Counted from the first letter of the stretch, positions 38,907 to 51,675 are shown. The stretch is DNA of 64,000 bases from Escherichia coli (GCF_003334255.1 NZ_QOWU01000008.1); one strand, 5' to 3'. Made by a program: numbers and translations. The notes: a model not told the origin generated them from the sequence alone.

Positions 38907-40954
38907 TGCGTGGCTCCTTGTGCCTGTTCCGTGGCGGGCGTTAATGCCGGGGCTGTCCAGTCTGGCAAGCGGGCGAAAAGCTGGCAGACGTGTTGCTCCT
39001 GTTTTAATAAGGTGGGCAGGATGGCCTGAGAGGCGGGTGTCTCTTCAAGCGTTATTTGAGGAGAACGGCTGAGTGCGGTTGCCAGACCGGCAGCGTATTT
39101 CTCCAGGGCGTCGGCAAACTGACCTGCTCTGTCCGGCTGTAGTGCGTTATCCAGCGCCTGCGCCGAGTTCCAGGTGGCATCCCAGGCGTGAAGAAGATCG
39201 CGGCCCTGACGAATAACCGTTTGCGAACGTTCAATCAGTAATGCGCGTTCTTCGCTGTCCAGTTGACGCTCCAGCGCCACGCGTTGGCACATCTCTTCAC
39301 AGGCATTAAACGCCGCATGCAGACCGATACGAATTTGCAGATAAGTGCGCAGAGCCGTGACTTCCTGCTGGCGTGGGATCCGCATTACTTTACTTAACAT
39401 ACCCAGCGTGCCAGCCAGTTTTTGCGGCAGTGTGCGCGCTTCACTTTCAGGCCAGACAAAGGTGTAAATCACCGCGGACACCACGGTACCAATGATGATA
39501 CCCAGGGCGCGATCGCGAATTTCCACCAGGTCGTACACTGGGCCAAAAACGTTTTCGAGCGTGGCGAGCGCGAAGGTGACCACCATCTGTGTGCCGATAT
39601 AAGAAGAGCGTTCAGAGCTGGTGGCAATCCATGCGCCCAACAGGAAAATCGGTGCCAGCACAAACAGCAATTCGACAATATTGTCCAGCCAGGGCATGAC
39701 CAGTAGCGTGAATAACAGCGCCAGAATCGCGCCGCAAAAGGCCCCGCCAAAACGCAGCACCATCTTCTGGTACGACGAACCGACATTTGGGTTAGCGACG
39801 ATCACGCATGTCAGCATACAGGTGTGAATGCCTTCCCAGTCCACGCCGCTGTAAAAGGTGTAACAGATCAAACAGGCGAGCAGCGTTTTTACCGCGTAGC
39901 GCATATAGTCTGGATTGGTAAAAGCATCGGCGGCCATTGATGGCGGTTTGGCTGCGGGCGTTGGCGGCGTATTCGGGTCCATCTGACCCAGTTGTAACAA
40001 CGTCTGGCAGATATTCTCCAGGTTACATTCCCGTGCCGCCATCGCTTCACTTTCACTGATCCGCCAGTCGCTTTGCCAGCACTGACCTTCAGCAACGGCA
40101 TGCTGCAGCTTGTTGATTTCTGAAGCTAATTTTTGTCGGAATTCAATAATTGCCTGAGAATCAGCAAAAGAGGTGGGATCGTAGCGATTCAGCGTCGAGT
40201 AAATGTAGGTTACCGTTGCCACGCAGCTTTGCCACCATGCGTTTTGAGTTCGCCAGTTGGCATCGTCCGCGAGGCAAAAGACATTGAGTTTTTGTAGCGC
40301 CAGCGCCTCTCTTTCAATCCGCGTTTCGGGTAGCGGTGCGAGGCTGTCTGTCAGGTGACTAATGGCATCATCAAGCCGATCATTAAGCGCCTGATGCATT
40401 TGCGAAATGGCACGACTGGGAAACCACAGCACGCCGATTAACGTCATCAGCAAGGTTGGATAGAGGCCAACAACGATACACCACAGCGTTAAGCGCACGA
40501 CCACTTCCGGATAGTCGAGCATGGCGGGGAAGGTTTGCCCGTAAATAGCGACAATGGCGACGGCGAAAAAGACCAGCCCCAAGCGATGGGTGCGCATCAA
40601 AAACATGCAGCCCATCAGGATCGGTCCGGCGATGATCAATCGGATCAACGGTTCGCCGTATGACCATTTGTAGATCAAAAACAGGCTGCCGATCTCCAGC
40701 ACCGTGGCAACCACAAACAAGATCGCGACAAATTTGGTGTAAAACGCGTTCGACTGAATACCGTAAAACAGCACTGCCAGCGATAACGCCACAAAAGGGA
40801 TCTCAAAGGTCATCGAGATCAGAATCACCAGCAGGCAGCCTACCCAGAGTTGCACGGTCTGTGGCACGCGACCTGGTCGCCGCTCGCTTAACTCTTCATG
40901 AAAGAACGCCAGCAGCCTGACCACCGGTAATGGCAGGGAGTTGAGCGCGCTCAT
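38903..40954 (-). CDS. mdtO: aromatic-acid-exporter-like inner-membrane efflux component (683 aa)
   Basis: Two hydrophobic bundles separated by a soluble domain; 4-bp overlap with mdtP. Confidence 0.85.
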   Translation of the reverse strand: MSALNSLPLPVVRLLAFFHEELSERRPGRVPQTVQLWVGCLLVILISMTFEIPFVALSLAVLFYGIQSNAFYTKFVAILFVVATVLEIGSLFLIYKWSYGEPLIRLIIAGPILMGCMFLMRTHRLGLVFFAVAIVAIYGQTFPAMLDYPEVVVRLTLWCIVVGLYPTLLMTLIGVLWFPSRAISQMHQALNDRLDDAISHLTDSLAPLPETRIEREALALQKLNVFCLADDANWRTQNAWWQSCVATVTYIYSTLNRYDPTSFADSQAIIEFRQKLASEINKLQHAVAEGQCWQSDWRISESEAMAARECNLENICQTLLQLGQMDPNTPPTPAAKPPSMAADAFTNPDYMRYAVKTLLACLICYTFYSGVDWEGIHTCMLTCVIVANPNVGSSYQKMVLRFGGAFCGAILALLFTLLVMPWLDNIVELLFVLAPIFLLGAWIATSSERSSYIGTQMVVTFALATLENVFGPVYDLVEIRDRALGIIIGTVVSAVIYTFVWPESEARTLPQKLAGTLGMLSKVMRIPRQQEVTALRTYLQIRIGLHAAFNACEEMCQRVALERQLDSEERALLIERSQTVIRQGRDLLHAWDATWNSAQALDNALQPDRAGQFADALEKYAAGLATALSRSPQITLEETPASQAILPTLLKQEQHVCQLFARLPDWTAPALTPATEQAQGATQ

Positions 40955-41985
40955 TATTGCGGCTCAAGATTAGCGACTGCCGAAGCGCCGATGCGGAACA
41001 TTTCCGGGTCAGGTTTATCGACCATGATTTTGACCGGAAAACGCTGGGCAACGCGGACCCAGTTAATAGAACGAGACACTTTCGGCAGGCCGCCCAGCAC
41101 CAGGCCGCCGTCATCCGGTAGCACGCCGTAGCCAATCGAATCCACTTTACCCTCGAAGGTTTTGCCGCTGTCACTCATCAGGCGAATCGTTGCGGGTGTA
41201 CCTGAGCGAATATTTTTCAGATCGGTTTCGCGGAAGTTGGCGATCACATACCAGTGACGAGTGTCGATTAGGGTAAAAATAGGGCGCATGGCAGAAGCAA
41301 ATTGCCCGACGGAGGTTTTGAGGGAAATGACCCGGCCATCAAACGGCGCGCGAACGGTCGCCATTTCCAGATGCAGTTTGGTCAGGGCAATATCCGCTTC
41401 GACCGCCGCACGCTGGGCAACTAATGCATCCACGCCGCTGACGGCGCTGGCGGCTGACTGCGCCTGTAACAATACGGCATTAAGATCCGCTTCTGCGGCG
41501 CGCTGCGCCGTTCTTGCACGGTCAACATCTTCCGCTGAGACAAAACCTTCTTTCAGTAATGGCTCGGTGCGGCGTAATGTATCTGTGGCCTGTTTCGCGG
41601 CGGCACGGGCTTTTTCTACCGTGGCATTAACCGAGTCGGCACCAAACTGTTGCGCGTCAACGCTACGCTGGGTGAGCATAATTTGCTTATCCAGCGCCGC
41701 GAGGGAGGCTTCAGCTTTCGCCAGATTGGCTTCGTACGGGCGCGGGTCGATGCGGAACAGCAAATCGCCCTGTTTGACTGCCTGGTTGTCGGTGACCGCC
41801 AGTTCTACAATGCGGCCGCTGACTTCCGGTACCACATCAATGGTATCTGCTGACGCGTAAGCGTCATTAGTTGATGGCGCACTGTCTACGCGCCAGATAA
41901 CGAAAACAAGGGCAACCAGCGCCAACGCAACCACTAACAGAGCAGGGAATTTACTGCGAGGAGCTTTTTTCGGCGTACTTTCCAT
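40954..41985 (-). CDS. mdtN: membrane-fusion (periplasmic adaptor) protein, HlyD family (343 aa)
   Basis: N-terminal TM anchor and coiled-coil/beta-barrel adaptor architecture; TAATG stop/start overlap with mdtO. Confidence 0.88.
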   Translation of the reverse strand: MESTPKKAPRSKFPALLVVALALVALVFVIWRVDSAPSTNDAYASADTIDVVPEVSGRIVELAVTDNQAVKQGDLLFRIDPRPYEANLAKAEASLAALDKQIMLTQRSVDAQQFGADSVNATVEKARAAAKQATDTLRRTEPLLKEGFVSAEDVDRARTAQRAAEADLNAVLLQAQSAASAVSGVDALVAQRAAVEADIALTKLHLEMATVRAPFDGRVISLKTSVGQFASAMRPIFTLIDTRHWYVIANFRETDLKNIRSGTPATIRLMSDSGKTFEGKVDSIGYGVLPDDGGLVLGGLPKVSRSINWVRVAQRFPVKIMVDKPDPEMFRIGASAVANLEPQ

Positions 41986-42003
41986 GAGCGCGTCTCAAAT
42001 AGA

Positions 42004-42279
42004 TTAGAAAAATGCCAGCCAGAACAGCATGGCGTAGAGAGCAAAAAGGGCGGTATAAATAATTCCGACAAATGCCAGATTGATATTTGCCCGCTGAATA
42101 ACTCGCCTCGTGATGAGCGTCAAAATAAGGCTGGCAATGGCGCAGAAAAACCAGCTGGGATAATAAGCGCCGATCACCGGGATTGCCGAAGATAATGAGC
42201 ATCCCGAAACCATGAAGACGGGAATTATCCAGGCTGTTTTTTTGAGTTGCATCGCCATGCGAGAGAGAACTGTTGGCAT
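42004..42279 (-). CDS. ytcA: small lipoprotein/membrane protein at the head of the mdtNOP operon (91 aa)
   Basis: ORF 42004..42327 trimmed to MPTVLSRMAMQLKKTAWIIPVFMVSGC (lipobox-like). Confidence 0.6.
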   Translation of the reverse strand: MPTVLSRMAMQLKKTAWIIPVFMVSGCSLSSAIPVIGAYYPSWFFCAIASLILTLITRRVIQRANINLAFVGIIYTALFALYAMLFWLAFF

Positions 42280-42450
42280 ATTAAATACATCCTGTCTGCT
42301 GCGAACAATATCTGTAGTGAATATCAATATCCATTGAAGGCGTCAGTATGGCTATTTTCTTGATGAATAAAAATAGCTTTATTCAGCCACCGCATTCATA
42401 ACTTATATATTTTATTTATTAATTGGCTGTATATATTTTTAAAATAAATA

Positions 42451-42478
42451 CTTTTGGGGGCTTCAGCGCCCCCAAAAG
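42451..42478 (-). terminator. hairpin downstream of yjcS
   Basis: CTTTTGGGGGcttcagcgCCCCCAAAAG inverted repeat about 10 bp after the yjcS stop. Confidence 0.65.
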
Positions 42479-42487
42479 CGAGTGACA

Positions 42488-44473
42488 TTAATTTGGGGTT
42501 ACGATATTCACCCACAAATCGAAATTATCCAGACAGGCGATAATTTCTTCCAGTTTCGCGCCATTGCCAATAATTTTGGCTTTCTTCGCTTTTACCAGAT
42601 CCGCCATTTTGGCTTGTCCGGTCAGCACGGCGTGCAGATCTTCACGGCTGATGTAGAAAGAGGCGTCGGCTTGCGGTTGCAGCGTTTTCCGGTAGTTAAG
42701 CACGCTATCGTTCAGCGTCAGGTTGAGGTTATCGCCGTTGCTCATATTGAAGTTCAGGCTGATATTTTTACCCGCAGCTTTCGCGCTATCGAGGCGAACG
42801 GCCATAAAGTCGAACAGCATTTCGACCGACATCCCGCGAATGGTGTCCGGGGAACCGGTGGTGCCGTGGCTGAACTTATGCACCCCTTCGCGCAGCTCTT
42901 TCGCGCCGGTCAGGTAGAAACCGCGCCATGTGGCGGACTCGGCCTGATAGCCCAGCTGTTCAAAGTTATTCGCTTGCAGATTCTTCGCGACCTGGTCACC
43001 CGGGTTGGCGGCAATCACCTGTTTCAGCAGTTCTGCCGACCAGCGGTAATCACCTTGCTTGTTCGCTTCTTGCGCCAGGTTGATGACACGGGCAGAACCG
43101 CCCAGCGCCTGCACGTAACGTTTACCCATCTCCACCTGACCATACGGATGCAGGTTAGCCGGGTTACCGTCGTAATAGCCAAGATAGAAGTTATACACCG
43201 CGCGGGCGTTGTGGCTGACAGAACCGTAATAGCCGCGGCTGGCCCAGTTATTGGCAAGTGCAGGCGGCAGCTTAATCATGTCGCCGATTTCATTCATGGT
43301 GTAGCCCTGGTTCGCCAGGTGCAGGGTCTGGTCGTGAATGTACTTGATGGTATCGCGGTATTTACCAATATAATCATTGATATGCTTATTGCCCCAGACC
43401 GGCCAGGTGTGCGGCATAAACAGCACTTCCGCGTCGTTACCCCACATATCCAGCGTTTCGTTCAGATACTCGGTCCACTTGCTGGTGTCGCGGGTTTTCG
43501 CGCCGCGCAGAGTGTAGAAGTTGTGCAGGGTATGCGTGGCGTTCTCGGCGGTACACAGGGCTTTCAGGGCCGGAATATAGAAGTGCATTTCGGCTGGCGC
43601 TTCGCTACCTGGGGTCATCAGGAAGTCAAACTCCAGGCCGTCGATAATCATCTTCTCGCCAGTTCTGACGATAGTTTTCGTCGGTGCAATAATGCTCGGG
43701 TCGCCCGTTGCCAGCGTCACGCCAAGGCCATTACCCACATTGCCTTGCGCGTTGTGCGGCAGTAACAGACCGTAAGAGTAGAGCGCACGGCGGCTCATGA
43801 TGTTACCCGCCAGCACGTTTTCGCTGATGGCTTCGTCCATAAAGCCTGCAGGGGCAATCACCTGAACTTTGCCGGATTTAACATCGGCTTCAGAGATAAT
43901 GCCTTTCACGCCACCATAGTGGTCGGTGTGGCTGTGAGTGTAGATAACGGCAACAATCGATTTTTGCGGACGATGCTGGAAGTAAAGGTCAAGTGCGGCT
44001 TTTGCGGCAGGCGGCGTCACCAGCGGGTCGATAACAATAATGCCTTTCTCGCCCTCAACGAACGTAATGTTAGAGATATCCTGGCCGCGCACCTGATACA
44101 TTTTATCGGTGACTTTGAACAGGCCAGAAATACCGTTGATTTGCGACTGACGCCACAGGCTGGGGTTTACGGTTTCCGGCGCTGCGGCATTAATATCAAA
44201 TTTGTAATCGTCCGCGCGGTAGTAAACTTTACCGTTCGCATCACGCAGAATACCTTCATCCAGCAGCGGGGCGATAAATCCACGCTGGGCATCGTCAAAA
44301 TCCTGACGATCGCTAAACGGTAATGATTTGGCGTAATTCTGATTAACCTGTTGGGTATATTGAGTGGCGGCTTTCGCTTCCTCTTTCGCGTTAGCGGTAT
44401 TTACCATCATGCCGCTGGCGGCAGTTAACGCAATAACAATCCTGCTCAAACGGAATAACCGAGAGTTATTCAT
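42488..44473 (-). CDS. yjcS: secreted alkyl/aryl-sulfatase, metallo-beta-lactamase fold (661 aa)
   Basis: Signal peptide; HxHxDH metal motif ([11 protein letters not shown]); C-terminal SCP2-like domain. Confidence 0.85.
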   Translation of the reverse strand: MNNSRLFRLSRIVIALTAASGMMVNTANAKEEAKAATQYTQQVNQNYAKSLPFSDRQDFDDAQRGFIAPLLDEGILRDANGKVYYRADDYKFDINAAAPETVNPSLWRQSQINGISGLFKVTDKMYQVRGQDISNITFVEGEKGIIVIDPLVTPPAAKAALDLYFQHRPQKSIVAVIYTHSHTDHYGGVKGIISEADVKSGKVQVIAPAGFMDEAISENVLAGNIMSRRALYSYGLLLPHNAQGNVGNGLGVTLATGDPSIIAPTKTIVRTGEKMIIDGLEFDFLMTPGSEAPAEMHFYIPALKALCTAENATHTLHNFYTLRGAKTRDTSKWTEYLNETLDMWGNDAEVLFMPHTWPVWGNKHINDYIGKYRDTIKYIHDQTLHLANQGYTMNEIGDMIKLPPALANNWASRGYYGSVSHNARAVYNFYLGYYDGNPANLHPYGQVEMGKRYVQALGGSARVINLAQEANKQGDYRWSAELLKQVIAANPGDQVAKNLQANNFEQLGYQAESATWRGFYLTGAKELREGVHKFSHGTTGSPDTIRGMSVEMLFDFMAVRLDSAKAAGKNISLNFNMSNGDNLNLTLNDSVLNYRKTLQPQADASFYISREDLHAVLTGQAKMADLVKAKKAKIIGNGAKLEEIIACLDNFDLWVNIVTPN

Positions 44474-44745
44474 ATAAATCTCCATTTATCATTTATGTCG
44501 TAAATATGTAATCCATGCAAAATACGTCATTTAAAGCTGGCGTTATCATAATTGGGAAATTGCGACTTTAATAAGTGGAAGTGTGAGCGGAACGCGCCAT
44601 TTTATTAGGCATTTGTGCTGAAGAGGGAAAATTACAGTAAAACTATCATTGCAGAAAATAATATGAGTCGTTTTATGTGTTTATTATATATATTGTACCT
44701 GTCGTTGGCACAGCGGGACATTGCGCTACTGTGCCAACGTTTTAC

Positions 44746-46354
<1,609 letters not shown>

Positions 46355-46364
46355 GTTCAATTCC

Positions 46365-47345
46365 TTACTTACTGATAAGACGGTCAAGGGCGACAGCCGC
46401 GATAATTAATCCGCCCATCACCACCAGTTGGTAATAGGTTTGTACCTGCAAAATATTCAGACCGTTGTTGATGGTGCCGATGATCAACCCGCCAATCACC
46501 ACAGAGAAAATGCGCCCCTTGCCGCCGAAGAAACTGGTGCCGCCAATGATGGCGCTGGCAATGGCATAGGTTTCAAAACCCATACCGGCAAGCGGTTCTG
46601 CGGCACCGAGTCGTGCAGTTGAGACGACGCCTGCCAGACCTGCACAAACACCGGAGATGATAAACACCACCAGGATGTGGAATTTCACGTCAATCCCGGA
46701 ATAGAACGCCGAATTTTTGTTGCCGCCCAGTGCGTAGATGTTGCGCCCGAGCCGCATACGCGTTGTCAGAAACCAAAGGATGAGCGCGACAATTAGTGAG
46801 AAGATAACGGGGACAGGTATCCCAATTACGCTGGCGGCAAAGAAGTTCACGAAGTCAAATGAGAAGCCGTATACCGAGTTGGCATCGGAGATCACCAGCG
46901 TGATCCCACGGAAAATCGCGTTGGTGCCAAGGGTGATGATGAACGGGTGTAGCCCCGTCCAGTTGACCAGGCAGCCGTTGATCGCCCCCAGTGCGCCGCC
47001 AACCAGTACACCGCCAATCATCGCTGCGAGAAACGGGTCAACACCTGCCAACATCAGTTTGGCGGTCACCATACCGGAAAGCGCCAGAATCGCGCCAACC
47101 GAGAGGTCGATACCAGCGACCAGGATAGCGAAAAACTCGCCCATGCCGATCAATACCGTCACGGAGCTTTGAACAAAAATCTGGGTAATATTATTGGTGG
47201 TCAGAAAATATTCTGGTGACAGCGAACCAAAGATGGCGACGATGATCGCCAGGATAAAAAAGGTGCCGTATTTATCCCAGAACAGCGCAAAGTTGAACGG
47301 TTTCTTCTCGCTCGCTTCGCTTTTTACTCTTGTGGTAAAGCCCAT
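46365..47345 (-). CDS. alsC: D-allose ABC transporter permease (326 aa)
   Basis: Ribose-type ABC permease topology. Confidence 0.9.
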   Translation of the reverse strand: MGFTTRVKSEASEKKPFNFALFWDKYGTFFILAIIVAIFGSLSPEYFLTTNNITQIFVQSSVTVLIGMGEFFAILVAGIDLSVGAILALSGMVTAKLMLAGVDPFLAAMIGGVLVGGALGAINGCLVNWTGLHPFIITLGTNAIFRGITLVISDANSVYGFSFDFVNFFAASVIGIPVPVIFSLIVALILWFLTTRMRLGRNIYALGGNKNSAFYSGIDVKFHILVVFIISGVCAGLAGVVSTARLGAAEPLAGMGFETYAIASAIIGGTSFFGGKGRIFSVVIGGLIIGTINNGLNILQVQTYYQLVVMGGLIIAAVALDRLISK

Positions 47346-48856
47346 GCCATAATCTCCTCTTCGCTCATGTCATCGCGATTCGTCAGGATTTGCGTCAGTC
47401 GTCCTTCGCAGAACACGGCGATGCGGTCGCAGACGGTGATAATTTCAGGTAGTTCAGATGACACCATCAGGATGACTTTTCCGTCGTCCGCCAGTTGGCG
47501 CATCACTTTGTAAATTTCGGCTTTCGCGCCAACGTCGATGCCGCGGGTAGGTTCATCGAAAATAATCACTTCCGGGCAACAGCACAGCCATTTGGAGATC
47601 AGGACTTTCTGCTGATTTCCCCCGGAGAGTTCGGTGATATTCTGGTTTACCGAATGACATTTCAGCGCCAGCAGTTCGCGTTGATTTTCAGCGGTACGTT
47701 GCTCGTCAACTTCATGAAACAAGCCCATCGCGCCTTTATAGCCGCCGTCTTTCAGACTGCGGCTGATCGCCATGTTCTGAGCGATGGAAAAGTTGGGGAA
47801 AAAACCGTTATCCCGGCGGCTTTCAGTGATGTAAGCCATCCCTTTTTTCACGGCATCCAGGGGTGAACGTGGAGAGATATCTTTGCCATTAAGACGGATT
47901 TCTCCGCCAGCGCGTTTATCCACGCCAAACAGACAATTCATCAGTTCAGTACGTCCGGAACCGACCAGTCCGGCAAAGCCTAATATTTCTCCCCGGCAGA
48001 CGCTAAATGAGATATCCCGGACCTTTTTTCTGTCACGACTGGTGACGTTCCGCACCTCAAAAACCGTTTCGTGCGCAAGGTTGCTGACATTCTCCTTCAT
48101 CGCGTTAAAACGGTTTTGCAGTTCGCGGCCTACCATCAGACGGACGATATCGTCATTTGACACATCGCTTACTATGCCGCTGCAAACGCTGCTGCCGTCT
48201 TTCATCACCGTATAGCGGTCGCAAATACGGCGAATTTCCGCCAACTTATGCGAGATATAGACGATGGCCGTACCCTCTTTACGCAACTGATTCATGATCA
48301 GAAACAGATAGTCCACCTCTTTATTGGTGAGTGAGGAGGTGGGTTCATCCATGATGATGACTTTGGCATCGAGCATCAGCGTTTTGGCAATTTCTAGCAT
48401 CTGCTTGTGGCTGATAGATAAATTCGCCACTTTCTCATCTAGATCAACTTTCAAGCCCACGCGTAATAACATCATGGCGGCGCGGACACGCATTTCTCGC
48501 CAGTCGATAATATTGACGCCACAGATTTTTTTCGTCAGATGACGACCAATATATAAATTTTCCAGTACGGTTAATTCATCAATAACGCTGAGTTCCTGAT
48601 AAATAATCCCGATACCGAGTTGTGCCGCTAATTTATGATCCAGCTTGTTATAGCTAATGTTATTAATGGTAATGGTGCCTTTGGTCGGCTCATGTATTCC
48701 GGATAAAACTTTCATTAGCGTGGATTTACCCGCGCCATTTTCTCCTAGTAATGCATGTATTTCACCAGGATAAACCGTTAAATTAACCGACTTTAATGCG
48801 TGAACCGGACCAAAGGACTTGCCGATCCCCGCCATCGATATATATGGCGTGGCCAT
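47324..48856 (-). CDS. alsA: D-allose ABC transporter ATP-binding protein, duplicated ABC domains (510 aa)
   Basis: Two nucleotide-binding domains (GENGAGKST Walker A, LSGGNQQK signature). Confidence 0.92.
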   Translation of the reverse strand: MATPYISMAGIGKSFGPVHALKSVNLTVYPGEIHALLGENGAGKSTLMKVLSGIHEPTKGTITINNISYNKLDHKLAAQLGIGIIYQELSVIDELTVLENLYIGRHLTKKICGVNIIDWREMRVRAAMMLLRVGLKVDLDEKVANLSISHKQMLEIAKTLMLDAKVIIMDEPTSSLTNKEVDYLFLIMNQLRKEGTAIVYISHKLAEIRRICDRYTVMKDGSSVCSGIVSDVSNDDIVRLMVGRELQNRFNAMKENVSNLAHETVFEVRNVTSRDRKKVRDISFSVCRGEILGFAGLVGSGRTELMNCLFGVDKRAGGEIRLNGKDISPRSPLDAVKKGMAYITESRRDNGFFPNFSIAQNMAISRSLKDGGYKGAMGLFHEVDEQRTAENQRELLALKCHSVNQNITELSGGNQQKVLISKWLCCCPEVIIFDEPTRGIDVGAKAEIYKVMRQLADDGKVILMVSSELPEIITVCDRIAVFCEGRLTQILTNRDDMSEEEIMAWALPQE

Positions 48857-48888
48857 AAATAACCTCTCTGCACGAAATATCGTATTAT

Positions 48889-48973
48889 TGCCTGATGGCT
48901 ACATTTATCAGGTCTACGTTCAGGTTATTTTGTTGGCCGGATAAGACACTTCATTAGCATCATCATCCGGCAT
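48889..48973. repeat. degenerate REP-like palindromic element in the alsA-alsB spacer
   Basis: GCCTGATGGC...TCAGGTCTAC and GCCGGATAAGACACT...CATCCGGCATC resemble diverged REP units. Confidence 0.5.
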
Positions 48974-48982
48974 CATTCAGTT

Positions 48983-49918
48983 TTATTGAGTGACCAGGAT
49001 TGAATCGACCAGTTTAAATTCCGGTGCTTTATCCAGCGGGATAACCTTGCCGGATTTCTCAGCGTCAACCATCAGCTTCAGACCCGTTGCGCCGATATCC
49101 GCCGGGTTCTGGGCAACCGTCGCGGTCATTTGTCCGGCTTCCACCATTTTGCGGGCTTCCGGAATGCCATCTGTACCGACGACCAGCACTTTTCCCGTTT
49201 TTCCGGCGTTTGCGACTGCCTGAGCAACACCCATTGCCATCGTGTCATTCGCGCAATAGATCGCTTTAATATTCGGATTACGTTGCAACACGTTAGTGGC
49301 GACATCCAGTGCTTTAATGCGGTCCCAGTCGGCAGGCTGGCTGGCGACAAGCTTGATCTGGCTTGCTTTTTTGAAGGCTTCGGTGGCACCATTACGACGC
49401 GCTTCACCGGAGGCGTTACCGGCTTTACCCTCAATGATTGCGACTTCACCACCTTCAGCGCCCAATTTGTCAATAATGAACGACGCGCCTTTCGCCCCGA
49501 CAGCAACGTTATCGGTGGTGACAAAAGCTTCCACATTGCCGCCAGCTTTTTTCAGATTATCCATGTCGATTTTTTCATCGAGATTAACCAGATAAATGCC
49601 TTTTTTCCATGCGCGGGCGACAGGCATGACCAGATTCACTGAGGATAATGGAGCGAAGGCGATACCTTTGTAATTTTTATTACTGAGATCTTCAAATAAC
49701 TGCAATTGAGATTGAAAATCGCCTTCTGAAGGAGAGGCAAAAATATCAACGCTGACGCCCAGTGTTTTTGCTTCATCTTCAATGCCTTTTTTCATATCTA
49801 CCCAAAATGGGTTGGAGAGGGTTTTCAATACGACAGCATATTCGGCGGCAGCAAAAGCGCTGGTTGACAACATTAAGCCCACGAGTGTGCCGCTGAAATA
49901 TTTCAGATATTTATTCAT
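48983..49918 (-). CDS. alsB: periplasmic D-allose-binding protein (311 aa)
   Basis: Signal peptide and ribose-binding-protein-like fold. Confidence 0.9.
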   Translation of the reverse strand: MNKYLKYFSGTLVGLMLSTSAFAAAEYAVVLKTLSNPFWVDMKKGIEDEAKTLGVSVDIFASPSEGDFQSQLQLFEDLSNKNYKGIAFAPLSSVNLVMPVARAWKKGIYLVNLDEKIDMDNLKKAGGNVEAFVTTDNVAVGAKGASFIIDKLGAEGGEVAIIEGKAGNASGEARRNGATEAFKKASQIKLVASQPADWDRIKALDVATNVLQRNPNIKAIYCANDTMAMGVAQAVANAGKTGKVLVVGTDGIPEARKMVEAGQMTATVAQNPADIGATGLKLMVDAEKSGKVIPLDKAPEFKLVDSILVTQ

Positions 49919-49976
49919 AATAATGTTCTCACGGTAAGGGGACAGGTAACTCCGCGATGGCGGAATTACCTTTTTC

Positions 49977-50867
49977 TTATTTCAGCGCGCCTGGTGAGAA
50001 GAAATCAACAATTGCGCCGGTTTTTTGCATATTAATATTAGCTTGTTCAATGTTGAGCTGGGCGACAGAGACAAAAAAAGCGTCCAGCAAAGTTAGTTGT
50101 AATATTCTTGCCGAGGCATTACGACCTAATAACGGCGTTTCCGGGGCTGGTGAGCAAATAATATAATCGGCCAGTTTCGCTATCGGTGAATGGTAGCTAT
50201 GGGTTATACAAATAATCTTTGCCCCGTTCTTTTTTGCCAGTTCTACGGCCGCTTTTACATCACTGGTTCGCCCGGAATGGGTCACTACCAGCACAACATC
50301 TCCTTCCTGTAACAACGAAGCGGACATCATCATGATGTGAGCATCAGGATAGGCCTGACAGCGTACGCCAATGCGCAAGAACTTGTGCTGTACATCAGCA
50401 CAGATAGCATTTGATCCTCCGGCACCGTACAAATCCCGCTGTCTGGCCTGATAGAAAAAGCGGGCGGCACGGTGGATCTCATCAACGTTGACGATCGACT
50501 GACCTTCCATAATGGTGCGTAAAGTGATGTTAAATACCTTATTCACCACATCCTGCGGCGCTTCATCAAAAGCCAACTCGGAAGGCAATACCTGTTCTGA
50601 CTGAGAAAAATAATCTTCCAGCGCACTGCGTAAGTTACGAAAGCCGCTAAACCCCAGCAGCTTTGATACCTTAACTATCATCGCTTCAGATACCGCCAGA
50701 GCTTCTGCGACATCTTTAATTGCGGGTGCACAACTCAGGTTACCGGGTTTGAGTAACCACTCCACGATGCGGCTTTCATTTTCTGTCATTCCTTCCTGCT
50801 TCATTCGCAGGTAAGGCGCTAACCCTATACCGTTCGGAAGCGCTGAATCAAACTCTGACTGGCTCAT
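49977..50867 (-). CDS. rpiR: RpiR/AlsR transcriptional repressor, HTH plus SIS domain (296 aa)
   Basis: ORF 49977..50900 trimmed to MSQSEFDSALPNGIG...; RpiR-type HTH then sugar-isomerase (SIS) domain. Confidence 0.85.
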   Translation of the reverse strand: MSQSEFDSALPNGIGLAPYLRMKQEGMTENESRIVEWLLKPGNLSCAPAIKDVAEALAVSEAMIVKVSKLLGFSGFRNLRSALEDYFSQSEQVLPSELAFDEAPQDVVNKVFNITLRTIMEGQSIVNVDEIHRAARFFYQARQRDLYGAGGSNAICADVQHKFLRIGVRCQAYPDAHIMMMSASLLQEGDVVLVVTHSGRTSDVKAAVELAKKNGAKIICITHSYHSPIAKLADYIICSPAPETPLLGRNASARILQLTLLDAFFVSVAQLNIEQANINMQKTGAIVDFFSPGALK

Positions 50868-51225
50868 CACGTTCTCTTGTCCTTGAATTGAAGACGCCAC
50901 TATATCACCACAGCAAGAACAGAAAAGATGCTGGCGACTTCACAAAAAAATAAAATTTATAAAGTTTATTTTATTGTGAACAATGGCGAGTGGCTTAAAA
51001 TTTTATTTCATTTAATTAGTTTAAAAACATGATGTTATTTGTTTTTCTGGTTTTTTAGATGATAGATGTTGCTGGATGGTGAGTGTCTTTAACGCTATTG
51101 CGCTGTCAGATGTAACTCTGTAAAACAGATCAGGAAGGCGTAATTCATCGATTTTGGGTGTTTTTAATTCATTAACATCACAAATGTTTTTTGATTGTGA
51201 AGTTTTGCACGGACGGGGAAGATGA

Positions 51226-51675
51226 ATGAAAAAGATTGCATTTGGCTGTGATCATGTCGGTTTCATTTTAAAACATGAAATAGTGGCACATTTAGTTGAG
51301 CGTGGCGTTGAAGTGATTGATAAAGGAACCTGGTCGTCAGAGCGTACTGATTATCCACATTACGCCAGTCAAGTCGCACTGGCTGTTGCTGGCGGAGAGG
51401 TTGATGGCGGGATTTTGATTTGTGGTACTGGCGTCGGTATTTCGATAGCGGCGAACAAGTTTGCCGGAATTCGCGCGGTCGTCTGTAGCGAACCTTATTC
51501 CGCGCAACTTTCGCGGCAGCATAACGACACCAACGTGCTGGCTTTTGGTTCACGAGTGGTTGGCCTCGAACTGGCAAAAATGATTGTGGATGCGTGGCTG
51601 GGCGCACAGTACGAAGGCGGTCGTCATCAACAACGCGTGGAGGCGATTACGGCAATAGAGCAGCGGAGAAATTGA
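51226..51675 (+). CDS. rpiB: ribose-5-phosphate isomerase B / allose-6-phosphate isomerase (149 aa)
   Basis: RpiB/LacAB family (MKKIAFGCDHVGF..., CGTGVGISIAANK); divergent from rpiR. Confidence 0.92.
   Translation: MKKIAFGCDHVGFILKHEIVAHLVERGVEVIDKGTWSSERTDYPHYASQVALAVAGGEVDGGILICGTGVGISIAANKFAGIRAVVCSEPYSAQLSRQHNDTNVLAFGSRVVGLELAKMIVDAWLGAQYEGGRHQQRVEAITAIEQRRN

Noticed and set aside
42482-43765. 427-aa plus-strand ORF inside yjcS
   Set aside because: Antisense to the sulfatase gene, which has a clear signal peptide and metal-binding motifs; no independent support.
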